Origin: Eubacteriales bacterium
GTDB taxonomy: Bacteria; Bacillota; Clostridia; Oscillospirales; CAG-272
DNA: 64,000 nucleotides
Reading direction: 5' to 3'
Assembly (NCBI GenBank): GCA_050946195.1
Contig: JBMNUI010000002.1
Span: forward strand, 3,816 to 67,815
The notes under the pieces are model-generated. The model had not been told where the DNA came from. It worked only from the letters and a program-made list of their open reading frames with translations, and did not search any database. Made by a program: the position numbers and the translations under genes. Numbering within the stretch: the stretch's first letter is position 1; the number at the start of each line of letters is the position of its first letter. Positions 55,027 to 64,000 of this stretch are shown piece after piece.

Positions 55027-57243
55027 CTAACAACTACCAACTATTTTGGCTATTGCTTTTATTTCTTTTTCCGCCAGCCCTGCAAGTTCGGTATGTCGCT
55101 TGACAAGCCGGGGGGCATATTCCTCACGGGCCTCTGCCAGTCCGCTCGCCAGCGAAACAAGCTCCCCGGGAGAAGGGATCCCTGCCGGCACCGGCGGGGG
55201 CAGGCCGGTGTAATCAAGAAAAGCCCCGATTTTCGGGTCGCAGGCAATTCCCACAGCCGGAAGGCCGACCGCCAGCGCAAAAACCAAAAGATGCAGCCGC
55301 ATGCCGACGGCGACAAGACACCGGGCAAGAATACCGGTAATTTCAGAAGGTATGAGGCTTGGGAAGACTACCCCGGCGTTTTTCATGCGGGACATAACCT
55401 CAATGGTTATTTTCCTGTCTTCGGGCGCCAGAACAAAAAAGAGCGGGATCGCGTGGAGTCTATCGCAAACCCCGTCAAGCGCCGAGGCTACCCGAAAGAT
55501 ATATGCCGGGTCATTTTGCCGGGTGCGGGAGGAGAAATCCCGGCGCAGGGATATTCCGATATACCTGTTTTTTCTTTCGGCACTTCCCTTTTCGGCATAT
55601 TTCGTCAAGAGAAAGTTTACCCTGTCACAGCTTGCCGGGGTTGTAAGCAACCCGAGGTCGGCATAGACCGACGCCCGGCGCGGGTCGGCCCCAAGGCTTC
55701 GGAGCATGTCATAGGCCGAGGGCTCGCGCAGGCCGATAAAAACCGCCTTCCTGAGCAGGGCAGCCACCTTCCGGCGCGCGCGCCGGCTGTAAAGCGGGCC
55801 GAGGCCGCTGCCGGCAATTATCAGCCGGCAGCCGAGAAAGAGCGCAGTCCGCGAGATGGTCAGGTAATAGCGCAGCGAGCGCGGGCTGGTGGCGTCCTGG
55901 AGCTGCGTGCCGCCTCCGAGGACAAAATACGACGCGCGCCTCAGCAGGCAAAACACCGAAAACGGACTTGTCCGGCTCACGCAGTCGATGCCGAAGCGCT
56001 TTCTGCAAGCTCTTGTGTTGGCGGTAAGCACTACCGGTCGGACTTCAGGGGCGTATTTTTTAAGACCCGAGAGCAGCGAGTCAAGGATTGCGTTATCTCC
56101 GGCGTTGCCGAAGCCGTAGTAGCCGCAGATAGCCATCACCCTGTTCCCCCGGCGGGCTTTTTGCCGGTTATTCAGAACTGTCTCATATACCTCAACTACC
56201 GATTTGGCGGTCAGGTCCGAAGAATTATGGGTTATCACATATTCGCGGCCGAAGTTCCCCAGCGCCCGCCGCTCCTTTTGGCTCATGAGAAGCAAGCGGC
56301 GCACATCCCGATAGAGTGCCTCGGCATCGGGCAGCGGGCAGCCCCGCCCGCAGAAATTCGAGTGCGCCGGGATGTTATCCTCCGACAGTATTCCGGTATA
56401 TCCCTCGTTTCCGCAAAGGATGACCGGCAGTCCGCAGGAGGCTGCTTCAAGCGCCGCGCGCGACACTCCGACAAAGATATCGGCTTGAGATAGCAGCCGC
56501 TCTATATCCCCCCGCGCGCCGACCGCCTCAACCACTGCCCTGCCGCAGACCGTATTTATCCCCTCGGCAAGCGCCCTTATCCGCTCAAATTCGCTGCCGC
56601 CCCCTACCAGTGTGATTTTCACGTCGGGGAATTCGTCATTAAGCCGCCCCGCAATCCGGCAGAGCAGCTGCGCGCCAAGCGAGCAGTCGTGGTCCATCCG
56701 GCTGACAAAAAGTATGCGCCGGGCCGGGTTTGCGGGGGGACTCTGCGGCGCAAAGCGGCGGGTGTCTATTCCGTTGGGTATCACGTTAATATGCCCGGGA
56801 AAAACGTTACATTCGTCAATAAGCAGCTGCTTAATATCCTCGCTTACCGCAATGGTCCGCTCCCCCCAGACGGACAGGCGACGCAGCGCCGGGGTCATCC
56901 TAAAGAGCGCGTGTGCCGTGACCACAAATCCGCAGCCGTATTTCTTTGCATATTTCCGGCAGATATATGCCGGCAGCCGGCTGTGGGCATGAATTATGTC
57001 AAAGCCGCCCTTTCTGAGCAGCCTTCGTATTGCAAAGCCCGACCGGAGCAGGTCCCAAGGTCTGCGTGAGAAGCGCGGCAGCATGACATGTTTCACATCC
57101 CCGGGCAGCGAGGCAGCCAGCGCGCCGCCCGGCGAGGCGACCGTCACTCCGTGGCCGAGCGCGACAAGCCCTGTCGTCAGCTCGCACACATGGGTTTCAG
57201 CCCCGCCGTACTCAAGCGATGCAGCACATAAAAGTATCTTCAT
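55027..57243 (-). CDS. fused GT4-type glycosyltransferase + polysaccharide pyruvyl transferase (CsaB-like)
   Basis: The N-half has a GT-B/GT4 pattern (KILLCAASLEYGGAETHV). The C-half has ICGYYGFGNAGDNAILDSLL, typical of CsaB-type pyruvyl transferases. Start at ATG 57243. Confidence 0.78.
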   Translation of the reverse strand: MKILLCAASLEYGGAETHVCELTTGLVALGHGVTVASPGGALAASLPGDVKHVMLPRFSRRPWDLLRSGFAIRRLLRKGGFDIIHAHSRLPAYICRKYAKKYGCGFVVTAHALFRMTPALRRLSVWGERTIAVSEDIKQLLIDECNVFPGHINVIPNGIDTRRFAPQSPPANPARRILFVSRMDHDCSLGAQLLCRIAGRLNDEFPDVKITLVGGGSEFERIRALAEGINTVCGRAVVEAVGARGDIERLLSQADIFVGVSRAALEAASCGLPVILCGNEGYTGILSEDNIPAHSNFCGRGCPLPDAEALYRDVRRLLLMSQKERRALGNFGREYVITHNSSDLTAKSVVEVYETVLNNRQKARRGNRVMAICGYYGFGNAGDNAILDSLLSGLKKYAPEVRPVVLTANTRACRKRFGIDCVSRTSPFSVFCLLRRASYFVLGGGTQLQDATSPRSLRYYLTISRTALFLGCRLIIAGSGLGPLYSRRARRKVAALLRKAVFIGLREPSAYDMLRSLGADPRRASVYADLGLLTTPASCDRVNFLLTKYAEKGSAERKNRYIGISLRRDFSSRTRQNDPAYIFRVASALDGVCDRLHAIPLFFVLAPEDRKITIEVMSRMKNAGVVFPSLIPSEITGILARCLVAVGMRLHLLVFALAVGLPAVGIACDPKIGAFLDYTGLPPPVPAGIPSPGELVSLASGLAEAREEYAPRLVKRHTELAGLAEKEIKAIAKIVGSC

Positions 57244-57337
57244 GCCCCGTCCCCCGACCAGTTTTGCAACCCCCAATTAATATTATGCCCCGGTTAAGTC
57301 ATTAATCAGCAGCTTTGGATTTTTTCTTGGCAGGATC

Positions 57338-57423
57338 TGCCCCGCCCCCTGCTATTTGTGGGGGCGCTGCCCCCACGCCCCCGCCTTACTTCGGGGGCCC
57401 GCCCCCGAACCCCCGCTTAAGAA
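57338..57423 (+). repeat. GC-hairpin cluster + CCCGCTTAAGA motif, copy 3
   Basis: CTGCCCCGCCCCCTGC, GGGGGCGCTGCCCCC and GGGGGCCCGCCCCC, then GAACCCCCGCTTAAGAATC. Confidence 0.6.
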
Positions 57424-57696
57424 TCCTCAAAAACTTCACAAATAAATCGCTAATAAAGTAACGCGGGCCCTACATCCCGCGCTATGCTGCCATAAGCCCG
57501 CCGGCTGATTTGAAAAAAGACGGGAGCGTGCGGGCGATCACAGATCGCCCCTACAGCCCGAATCAAGGTCCCATGTAGGCAGTTGACGGGTCACTCCCTT
57601 CGACACCACTCGGCTTGGGCAAACCGGCGAATAACTCAGACCTCTGAGCAGGTTTGCCGGTGTCTACATGGCGAGACCTTCATAATCCGCCGCGCT

Positions 57697-57815
57697 GTGC
57701 GCGCGGCGGCAAAGGAAGGGGGTTCTCAGGGCGGGAACCATAGGTTCCCCTGAGTGTGTTTCTTTGGTTCATTTCTTTGCACGTGCAAAGAAATGAACAA
57801 AAATTAGAAGTTTGA
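57697..57815 (+). repeat. structured dispersed repeat, copy 2
   Basis: Hairpin 57725-57754 and the 32-nt perfect palindrome GTTCATTTCTTTGCACGTGCAAAGAAATGAAC at 57767-57798. Confidence 0.85.
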
Positions 57816-57853
57816 TAAAATAACCGACGGGAGATAGCCTTCAATCATACGCT

Positions 57854-57886
57854 AAAAAAACAAGAAGCCCTCAACCGAGGGCTTTC
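57854..57886 (-). terminator. intrinsic terminator after the DUF4965-type gene
   Basis: Minus strand AAGCCCTC-ggtt-GAGGGCTT followed by CTTGTTTTTTT. Confidence 0.75.
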
Positions 57887-57920
57887 TGCTTATGTAAACT
57901 TAATCTAAGAAGTTGAGGCT

Positions 57921-59870
57921 TCAAAGTCTTATTTTCCCGCTGTACTCAAGCAGCTTGATAAACAGTCCGCCTATAACCGAGCGGTGGCGGAAACTTTTCT
58001 CGATAATCTCACCGCTGCCGTAGCTGTCGGGCACTCCCCTTCTGCTGTTGTAGGTCTTGTGCAGCCCGGTATGCGCCCAGTACCAGTCTGTCATGGGCAC
58101 ACGGGAGGGGGTGTAGTTATACATATTCCAGAGCGGGGCAATAAACTCCTCAAAGGTCGCGCGGTCATAGGCCAGCGTGGCGGTCCAGACCAGCCAGTCG
58201 GCCTTTGTGTAAGCCTGGCGGTTGTCGAGCGGCAGGCCGTATGGCAGGGTTTTTGCGCGATAGGAGTCAACCTCCGACCGGTAGAATTCGAGGGGCATTA
58301 TGTTTGTACCGAAGAGCTTATCCCAGACAATGTTGTACTTCATCGAAAAGCTGCCCGGTTTGTCAAAGGCGAGGCGGTAGCTGCCGTCGCCGTTTGCGGC
58401 GCGCTCAAGCCAGCTTTTTGCCATGTCGCGCGCAATCCTGTCGTAATATTTTGCGTCCTCTTCCCGCCCGCTCATGCGGCAGAGAATCGCCATGCTCTCA
58501 ACGCCCATGATTGCCTTGAGCGACAGGTTGCAGTTGTGCGCCAGATGGCCGGCAAAATCGTCTGTGCAGAGCTGGTTTGCGGGGTCGTACCCGTTGTCAA
58601 TCAGATACCTCACCCATTTTTCAAGCACATCCATGTGCGAGGCGGCAAAGGAGACGTCCCGCAAGGCAATTGCAACCGCGGCCTCCATTATGAGCATATT
58701 GCCGCACTCCTCGACCGGCATCTGCTTTTCAAGCTTGTTGCCGCCGTATACCTGCCCGTTGACCTTGGGATAGCGGCCGGCATCATGCGGCGCAAAATCA
58801 TAGGGCCACTCGGGCGAGGAGGCGCAACGGTAAATCGGGCGCATCATGCCGCGTACCAGCTCGGGATTGTAGAGCAGGAAAATCGGAATTGAGGGATAGC
58901 TGACGTCGACGGTGGCGGCACAGCCGTTTGAGTAGCACTCCTTTGAAATAAAGAGCACTTCTCCGTCCTCGCCGGCCACAAGCTTGTGTGCGCCGACCGC
59001 CTGCCTAAAGGCAAGCAAAAGCAGCTCGGCATATTTTTCGCCCCCGGCGCGGACCGCATCAAGGAAGAGCCGTTCGGAGAAGGCGCAGCAGCGGGCGTAA
59101 ACCGTCCTGTACTCGGCGTGTGCGGCCTCAATAGCCTCTCGGATTGTCATGCCCGACCGGCACCACCAGGCGGGCAGCTGCCGGCCGAAGTATTCGATGC
59201 TGCGAATATCGTCATACGCAAAGCTGAAAAGCGCGGGGGTGTCGAGCGGCACCTCGGAATAAATATAGGTGATTCCGTCCCGCACCTCGCTGCCGGCATT
59301 GGCACCCTCGGCGCTCAGATATACATATCCCCAGTCGATGCGTATGTCATCGCCGTCGTGTCCGAGCACATTCTGGACCGAATTGCCCATCTTCATTGAG
59401 ACAATGTTGCCGAGGCGGAGGCGCTCAACCGTGACGGGTGACTGCCCTGCATGGTCAAGGCAAAGCTGCTCCGAGACCATAATGCGTGCGCTGACCTCAT
59501 GCTTGGCACCGTCGCTCGACTCTGCCACAAGCTCAAGGTATGTAACCGGCCGGCTCATCAGGTCGAAGTCGTCAAGCAGCAGCGGTGAGGTAAAGACTGC
59601 GCGAAGGACAATCCCCGCACCCTCAAAGGTGTAATAAGTCGAGAGCGCGCCGACGTCAAGCGCGGTCTGGGTGAGCGCCGGACAGCGGCAGGAAGACTCG
59701 CTGCCCATGAAGCGGTAGGAAACACCGTCAACCGTAACAATGCCGAGTATAGAGTATGGGCGTCCGGTCCAGTGGACGGTGTCGCGGTCATAGAGCCGGT
59801 CGGCGTCCGACCAGACAGAAAAATACGGGTCAACATTGAGAAGCGGAACTGCAGGGGGTCGCAACAACAT
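57921..59870 (-). CDS. glutaminase-A-like/DUF4965-DUF1793 family putative glycoside hydrolase
   Basis: N-terminus MLLRPPAVPLLNVDPYFSVWS, as recalled for the DUF5127/DUF4965 family. About 650 aa. ATG 59870 follows GGAGG. Confidence 0.6.
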   Translation of the reverse strand: MLLRPPAVPLLNVDPYFSVWSDADRLYDRDTVHWTGRPYSILGIVTVDGVSYRFMGSESSCRCPALTQTALDVGALSTYYTFEGAGIVLRAVFTSPLLLDDFDLMSRPVTYLELVAESSDGAKHEVSARIMVSEQLCLDHAGQSPVTVERLRLGNIVSMKMGNSVQNVLGHDGDDIRIDWGYVYLSAEGANAGSEVRDGITYIYSEVPLDTPALFSFAYDDIRSIEYFGRQLPAWWCRSGMTIREAIEAAHAEYRTVYARCCAFSERLFLDAVRAGGEKYAELLLLAFRQAVGAHKLVAGEDGEVLFISKECYSNGCAATVDVSYPSIPIFLLYNPELVRGMMRPIYRCASSPEWPYDFAPHDAGRYPKVNGQVYGGNKLEKQMPVEECGNMLIMEAAVAIALRDVSFAASHMDVLEKWVRYLIDNGYDPANQLCTDDFAGHLAHNCNLSLKAIMGVESMAILCRMSGREEDAKYYDRIARDMAKSWLERAANGDGSYRLAFDKPGSFSMKYNIVWDKLFGTNIMPLEFYRSEVDSYRAKTLPYGLPLDNRQAYTKADWLVWTATLAYDRATFEEFIAPLWNMYNYTPSRVPMTDWYWAHTGLHKTYNSRRGVPDSYGSGEIIEKSFRHRSVIGGLFIKLLEYSGKIRL

Positions 59871-59914
59871 TTCAAACCTCCGGTATTTTAATAATAACGC
59901 TGCCCGCGGCAATA

Positions 59915-60535
59915 TTAAACACTTTCAGCAGTGCTCTCGGAAGATAATTTGGCATAGGTTTCGGGAACTTCGTATTTTATTGATTCATAAAAGGCGGTTT
60001 CGGCAGCCTTCATATAAGGGTCTACATAGCAGACATAAAGGATGCCGAATGTGAATGCAGAGAGGATTAACCAGCCGATAAAGCTAAGGTGCAGGCAGAA
60101 CAGTTTGCCTTTTTTGCCGTACATGAGTTTTTTGCTGGCGTCAAGAGCTGCTTTGCCGTCCATTTCGGGGTTGTCGGCAAGGATGTAGGGTGCCATTGCA
60201 TAAGAATACGAAGCGACAATGCCGGGGATGACGAAAAGTAGAGACCAGAGTAAAACAAAAATATTGTAAAGAAGACCCATTATAAGATGGTTTCCGAAAT
60301 TGCTGTCGAATGTGCGGAACATGTCGTTGAATTCGATCTTGTTGCGGCGAAACATCCCGATAAAGGCAATGGACACTCCGACCGTAATCGGACCCCATAA
60401 AATCAGTATGCCGATAAAAAATGAGGAAGCGGCGCCAAGAATTATTGTGCTTACAAGCAACACGAGGATCGACATGCCCTGGTTTCCGACCAGCTTATCT
60501 TTGGCCTCTCTGCGGTATTCGCTTGCGGTCTTCAT
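59915..60535 (-). CDS. DUF975-family membrane protein
   Basis: Multi-TM, 206 aa. The N-terminal EYRREAKDKLVGN.. pattern is recalled for DUF975. Confidence 0.6.
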   Translation of the reverse strand: MKTASEYRREAKDKLVGNQGMSILVLLVSTIILGAASSFFIGILILWGPITVGVSIAFIGMFRRNKIEFNDMFRTFDSNFGNHLIMGLLYNIFVLLWSLLFVIPGIVASYSYAMAPYILADNPEMDGKAALDASKKLMYGKKGKLFCLHLSFIGWLILSAFTFGILYVCYVDPYMKAAETAFYESIKYEVPETYAKLSSESTAESV

Positions 60536-60677
60536 AAAAAAGCCCTCCTAAATTATAAGTTTTAAGCAGCTCTTATACGTCGCGGGTGAGTAATAATTGG
60601 ATCTCGCTTTTGCGGTATACCGGTTGCCGGCTTTGGATTAACACACCTCTGCTGAGACCGGTATATTTCCACAGGAA

Positions 60678-61367
60678 TCAGTACACCTCCGGAGCCGAGA
60701 ACGTCGAGAGGAAATTGTCGATGAATTGAAGCACGTCGGGCAGAAGTTTAAAAGCCAAAACCACCAAAACAAATGACAGTACCAGCACCGCAAAAAACGA
60801 CAGCCAGTTGGTTCCCTTCTTTTCAAATTTTATGTCTGCCATATACTTAAGTTGCTCGGGGATATAAAAATGCGCGGTGTCGGGGTTGATTTTGTATTCG
60901 GTCTCGCGGAATTTTGGCTTTTTTCCTTTTTTATCGCCGCCTGCAGCCTCATATTCGGCGCGCCGTTTCTCAAGGGCGCTTAAATACTCGACTTCCTCGA
61001 CACAGCGAACCACTCTGCGGAGGGTAACCCCGTGCCTGAGACTGCCGCGCACTGCCGGATCTTTTTGGTAGCCTAGCTCGGAGAGGGTTTTGGCGCTTTC
61101 TGCAGAAAAGCACTCATTTGATATGAGGGCACGCACGAAATCGCCGAGCACCCTTTTATTAAAAATCGAAATCAGGGCGGCGATATTCGCGCCGATAAAA
61201 AGACCGAAAACAAGTAACCGAAAGGATGCCGCAGCCCTCGCATCAAAAGTGATATGCTCATATTCTCTGAGCTCGATTGAAAAAAGCTCTTCTTTCATAA
61301 GCTCAAACAGCAGCCTGAAAAACGATATGCCCTCATCGTCGGCGGTCAATGGAAAAAACCGAAGCAT
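60678..61367 (-). CDS. hypothetical membrane protein
   Basis: Two TMs flanking a charged central region. No family recognised. Confidence 0.45.
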   Translation of the reverse strand: MLRFFPLTADDEGISFFRLLFELMKEELFSIELREYEHITFDARAAASFRLLVFGLFIGANIAALISIFNKRVLGDFVRALISNECFSAESAKTLSELGYQKDPAVRGSLRHGVTLRRVVRCVEEVEYLSALEKRRAEYEAAGGDKKGKKPKFRETEYKINPDTAHFYIPEQLKYMADIKFEKKGTNWLSFFAVLVLSFVLVVLAFKLLPDVLQFIDNFLSTFSAPEVY

Positions 61368-61402
61368 AAAGCGCCTCCTTTCCGACTCTACTGTGAGTAG
61401 AG

Positions 61403-62680
61403 TTACTTAATTACATCAAATCCGAGGTAATTCTGAAGCACCTCCGGAACCCTGACGCTTCCGTCGGCATTCTGGTTCTGCTCTACAATGGCGGGGAGAA
61501 TACGGCTGGTTGCCAGCCCTGAGCCGTTCAGAGTGTGGACATAATCGATTTTGCCGTTTTCACGCCGCATGCGCATCATACCCCGCCGCGCCTGGTAGTC
61601 GCGCGCATTCGAGACCGAGCTGACCTCGATATATCCGTTCATTGACGGGATATAGATTTCTATATCATATGTGCGCGCCATCGAAGCACTGCAGTCTCCG
61701 GCAGCAAGCTTGACCGTGCGGAAATGGAACCCAAGAAGCTTGACGAGGGCCTCGGCGTTTGAGACCAGTTCTTCAAAGGCTCGGTCGCTGTCCTCAGGGA
61801 GGGTGTACTGAACCATCTCAACCTTGTTGAATTGATGCCCGCGTATCATTCCCCGCTCGGCAGCCCGGTAGGAGCCGGCCTCGCGGCGGAAGCAGGGCGT
61901 GTAGCTTATATATTTTTTCGGCAGTTCGGACTCGGGGATTATTTCGTCGTAATGGAGCGTGACAAGTGCGGTTTCGGCAGTCGGCAGCATGAAACGCCGG
62001 CGCTCTTCGCCGTCCGACTCAATCCAATAAACTTCGTTCTGAAATTTCGGAAACTGCCCTGCTGTAAGGCCGCATTCATAACCCAGCATGTGAGGCACGA
62101 GGACAAGCTCATATCCGTTTTTCAAATGCGTGTCGATAAAGAAGTTCAGAAGCGCCCACTCAAGCCGGGCACCCAGTCCGCAATAAATCCAAAAGCCGCT
62201 TCCCGAGAGCTTGGCGCCACGCTTGTAATCGATAAGCCCAAGTTCGGTGCAGAGATCGACATGATTTTTAGGCTCAAAGTCGAATTTTGGCGGCTCGCCG
62301 AAGTAGCGCAGCGGCTGGTTGTTTTCCTTGCCGCCCGGCAAAAGGTCGGTATCCGGGAGGTTAGGCAGAACTAACATGCTGGAGTTAAAAAGTTCCTCGA
62401 CGTCGCGGAGCTTTTCCTCGTTTTCTTTTATTGAGTCGGACAGCTCCTTCATTTTCTTGAGTACCGGGGAAATATCAATGCCTTCTTTTTTGTATTGCGG
62501 GATTAGCTTTGTCACACGGTTTTGCTCGGCCTTGAGGGCATCGGTCTCGCTTATAAGAGCACGGCGCTCGCGGTCAAGACTCAGGATATTTTCAATATCT
62601 GCTGCGGCATCATAGCCTTTTGCTGCAAGTCTTTTTACAACTTCCTCGGGGTTTTCTCTGATGTACTTGATATCAATCAT
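61403..62680 (-). CDS. serS: serine--tRNA ligase
   Basis: MIDIKYIRENPE N-terminus, coiled-coil arm, and class-II motifs FRREAGS..RGMIRGHQFNKVE. Start set to ATG 62680. Confidence 0.95.
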   Translation of the reverse strand: MIDIKYIRENPEEVVKRLAAKGYDAAADIENILSLDRERRALISETDALKAEQNRVTKLIPQYKKEGIDISPVLKKMKELSDSIKENEEKLRDVEELFNSSMLVLPNLPDTDLLPGGKENNQPLRYFGEPPKFDFEPKNHVDLCTELGLIDYKRGAKLSGSGFWIYCGLGARLEWALLNFFIDTHLKNGYELVLVPHMLGYECGLTAGQFPKFQNEVYWIESDGEERRRFMLPTAETALVTLHYDEIIPESELPKKYISYTPCFRREAGSYRAAERGMIRGHQFNKVEMVQYTLPEDSDRAFEELVSNAEALVKLLGFHFRTVKLAAGDCSASMARTYDIEIYIPSMNGYIEVSSVSNARDYQARRGMMRMRRENGKIDYVHTLNGSGLATSRILPAIVEQNQNADGSVRVPEVLQNYLGFDVIK

Positions 62681-62703
62681 TGTTTTGGAGCCCTTTCGAT
62701 ATA

Positions 62704-63624
62704 CTATAATAAGGAAATGCTGGAAAATAGTGATTCGCCACATAAACGGGTGAGAAGCATTTCAAGATCTTCGTCGCTGTCATATGAAAGCTCGAGCACC
62801 TTTTTCTTAGGGGAGCAGGCAATTCTCACCCGGCGTCCGAGTGCCTGCATGACCCGCCGCTCAAGTTCTTTCATATAAATTTTGCGTTGATTAGCACCTT
62901 CAAGTAACAGTTTTTCGTCCTCGTCGCCCTCGTCAGGCGAGGACGAGCGTGCATTCATTCTTTTAATCAGCAACTCGACCTCGCGGACAGACATCTGCTT
63001 TGTTATTGTTTTTTTTGCAAGGTCGATAATGTTCTCCTTGTCATTCAGACCTAAAAGTGCGCGCGCATGCCCCGCAGATAGCTCGCCGGAACGAAGCATC
63101 TCGAGTACTTCTTCGGGAAGGTCGAGCAGCCGAAGGGTGTTGGTTATGGCCGAGCGGCTCTTCCCTACCTTGCTTGCCATCTGCTCCTGTGTCAGCCCGA
63201 ACCTTTCAATAAGGTCCATATATGCACAGGCTTCTTCAACAGGATTTAGGTCCTCGCGCTGAAGATTCTCGATAAGCGAAATCTGAGCCATCTGAAGCTC
63301 GTCGCCGGTGAGTACAATTGCAGGGATTTCGGTGAGCCCTGCCATTCTGGCGGCTCTCCAGCGCCGCTCGCCGGCGATTATCTCATATGTTCCGGGGAAA
63401 GAAAGATTCTCATGCACAATAATTGGTTGAAGCACACCGCAACTCGCAATAGAAGCGGCAAGCGACTCGAGCGACTCACGGTCGAAAATTTTGCGCGGCT
63501 GGTTTTTGCGCGGTTCGATATCGGATATTTTTAGCATTATCCCGGCGCTTTTTTTGTTTTCGATGAAATTATCATCAAATAAGGAATATAAATCGCGGCC
63601 GAGACCGGATTGCTTCTTTGCCAT
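62704..63624 (-). CDS. parB: ParB/Spo0J-family partition protein
   Basis: GLGRDL, IEPRKNQPRKIFD and IIAGERRWRAARMAGL. Confidence 0.9.
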   Translation of the reverse strand: MAKKQSGLGRDLYSLFDDNFIENKKSAGIMLKISDIEPRKNQPRKIFDRESLESLAASIASCGVLQPIIVHENLSFPGTYEIIAGERRWRAARMAGLTEIPAIVLTGDELQMAQISLIENLQREDLNPVEEACAYMDLIERFGLTQEQMASKVGKSRSAITNTLRLLDLPEEVLEMLRSGELSAGHARALLGLNDKENIIDLAKKTITKQMSVREVELLIKRMNARSSSPDEGDEDEKLLLEGANQRKIYMKELERRVMQALGRRVRIACSPKKKVLELSYDSDEDLEMLLTRLCGESLFSSISLL

Positions 63625-63812
63625 ATCAACCTCCTTTAGCAGCCAAAGGGCAAATGAATATCATTTTGCACCGACAAAATCGGAAATTATTGTATCATTA
63701 AAGTAAGATTCTCGCGTGTAACAGGGCAACATAGTAACAACCAACAAATTTAATTATAAGTGTTCGATTTAATTAGCAAAAAAGCTTGAGGACAAATGAA
63801 ACACTTCCCTGT

Positions 63813-64000
63813 TTATATACGTGTTGCAAGCTCCTTTGCAACTTCAAGATATTCGGTCGCGCCCTTGCTGCTTTTATCATGGTAATATACGGGCATACCA
63901 AACCCGGGAGCCTCGGATAACTTTACGTTACGAGAAATAGTTGTTTTGAAAAGCTTGTCCTTATAATGCTTGTTGAGTTCGGCTAAAACCTGCATTGAAA
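63813..64000 (-). CDS. parA: ParA/Soj-family ATPase, C-terminal part (gene continues past the window end)
   Basis: SEAPGFGMPVYYHDKSSKGATEYLEVAKEL is a typical Soj C-terminus. Confidence 0.8.
   Translation of the reverse strand, partial: SMQVLAELNKHYKDKLFKTTISRNVKLSEAPGFGMPVYYHDKSSKGATEYLEVAKELATRI

Noticed and set aside
55093-56493. Very long antisense ORFs inside confident genes: 466 aa opposite the GT4-pyruvyltransferase gene, plus 1186-2214, 52470-53477, 57984-58892, 45859-46563 and 13674-14408.
   Set aside because: They lie wholly within well-supported genes on the other strand, have Arg/Gly/Pro/Ala-skewed low-complexity products and lack an RBS. Such ORFs are expected from stop-codon depletion on the antisense strand of GC-rich coding DNA.
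62681-62703. T-box leaders upstream of serS and cysS, and a THF or other riboswitch upstream of the ECF S-component gene (52173-52330).
   Set aside because: serS starts 23 nt after the parB stop and cysS starts 24 nt after the preceding ORF, which leaves no room for a T-box. The S-component leader (about 90 nt from a TTGTAA-N17-TATAAT promoter) lacks the conserved THF, preQ1 or TPP blocks that I can recall.
63625-63812. A parS site (TGTTNCACGTGAAACA) near parA/parB, for example at 63700-63715 and 54925-54940.
   Set aside because: The best candidates match only about 10 of 16 positions or a single half-site. No convincing parS is present in the window by eye. A PWM scan of the full genome is needed.

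Overview
This is a moderately GC-rich Firmicutes/Clostridia-type chromosome segment, probably Oscillospiraceae-like (that guess comes from gene content only). It spans the replication-origin neighbourhood: dnaA-dnaN-recF-remB-gyrB-(2 inserted genes)-gyrA, with serS-parB-parA about 22 kb further on the opposite strand. Most other genes are housekeeping: PFOR, mscL, glnA, tmk, cysS, nth, an acyl-CoA ligase, araB and three tRNAs (Gln-CUG, Pro-UGG, Ser-GCU). There are two accessory blocks. The first (about 6.3-18.7 kb) is a carbohydrate/phosphodiester island with a GH4, CE4, GDPD, EEP phosphoesterase, CutA, two regulators and three paralogous lipoprotein solute-binding proteins, but no ABC permease or ATPase. 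The second (about 30-33.6 kb) is a decaying sulfatase locus: the Cys-type sulfatase is intact, its radical-SAM maturase is split by one in-frame TAG, and the adjacent AraC gene is degraded. I found no CRISPR array, defence system, transposase or prophage. The observations most worth following up are non-coding. One is a dispersed structured repeat, about 125 nt, in two copies that differ by compensatory changes. Another is a second GC-hairpin/CCCGCTTAAGA motif family at five intergenic sites. A third is a 644-bp hairpin-packed spacer. Also of interest are an orphan phage-type holin pair directly upstream of dnaA and an oriC whose DnaA boxes all lie in the dnaA-dnaN spacer. All calls rest on reading the sequence and on recalled family motifs. 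No searches or folding calculations were run, and identities are by-eye estimates. Several CDS starts were moved from the ORF track to the first start codon that has a Shine-Dalgarno sequence.
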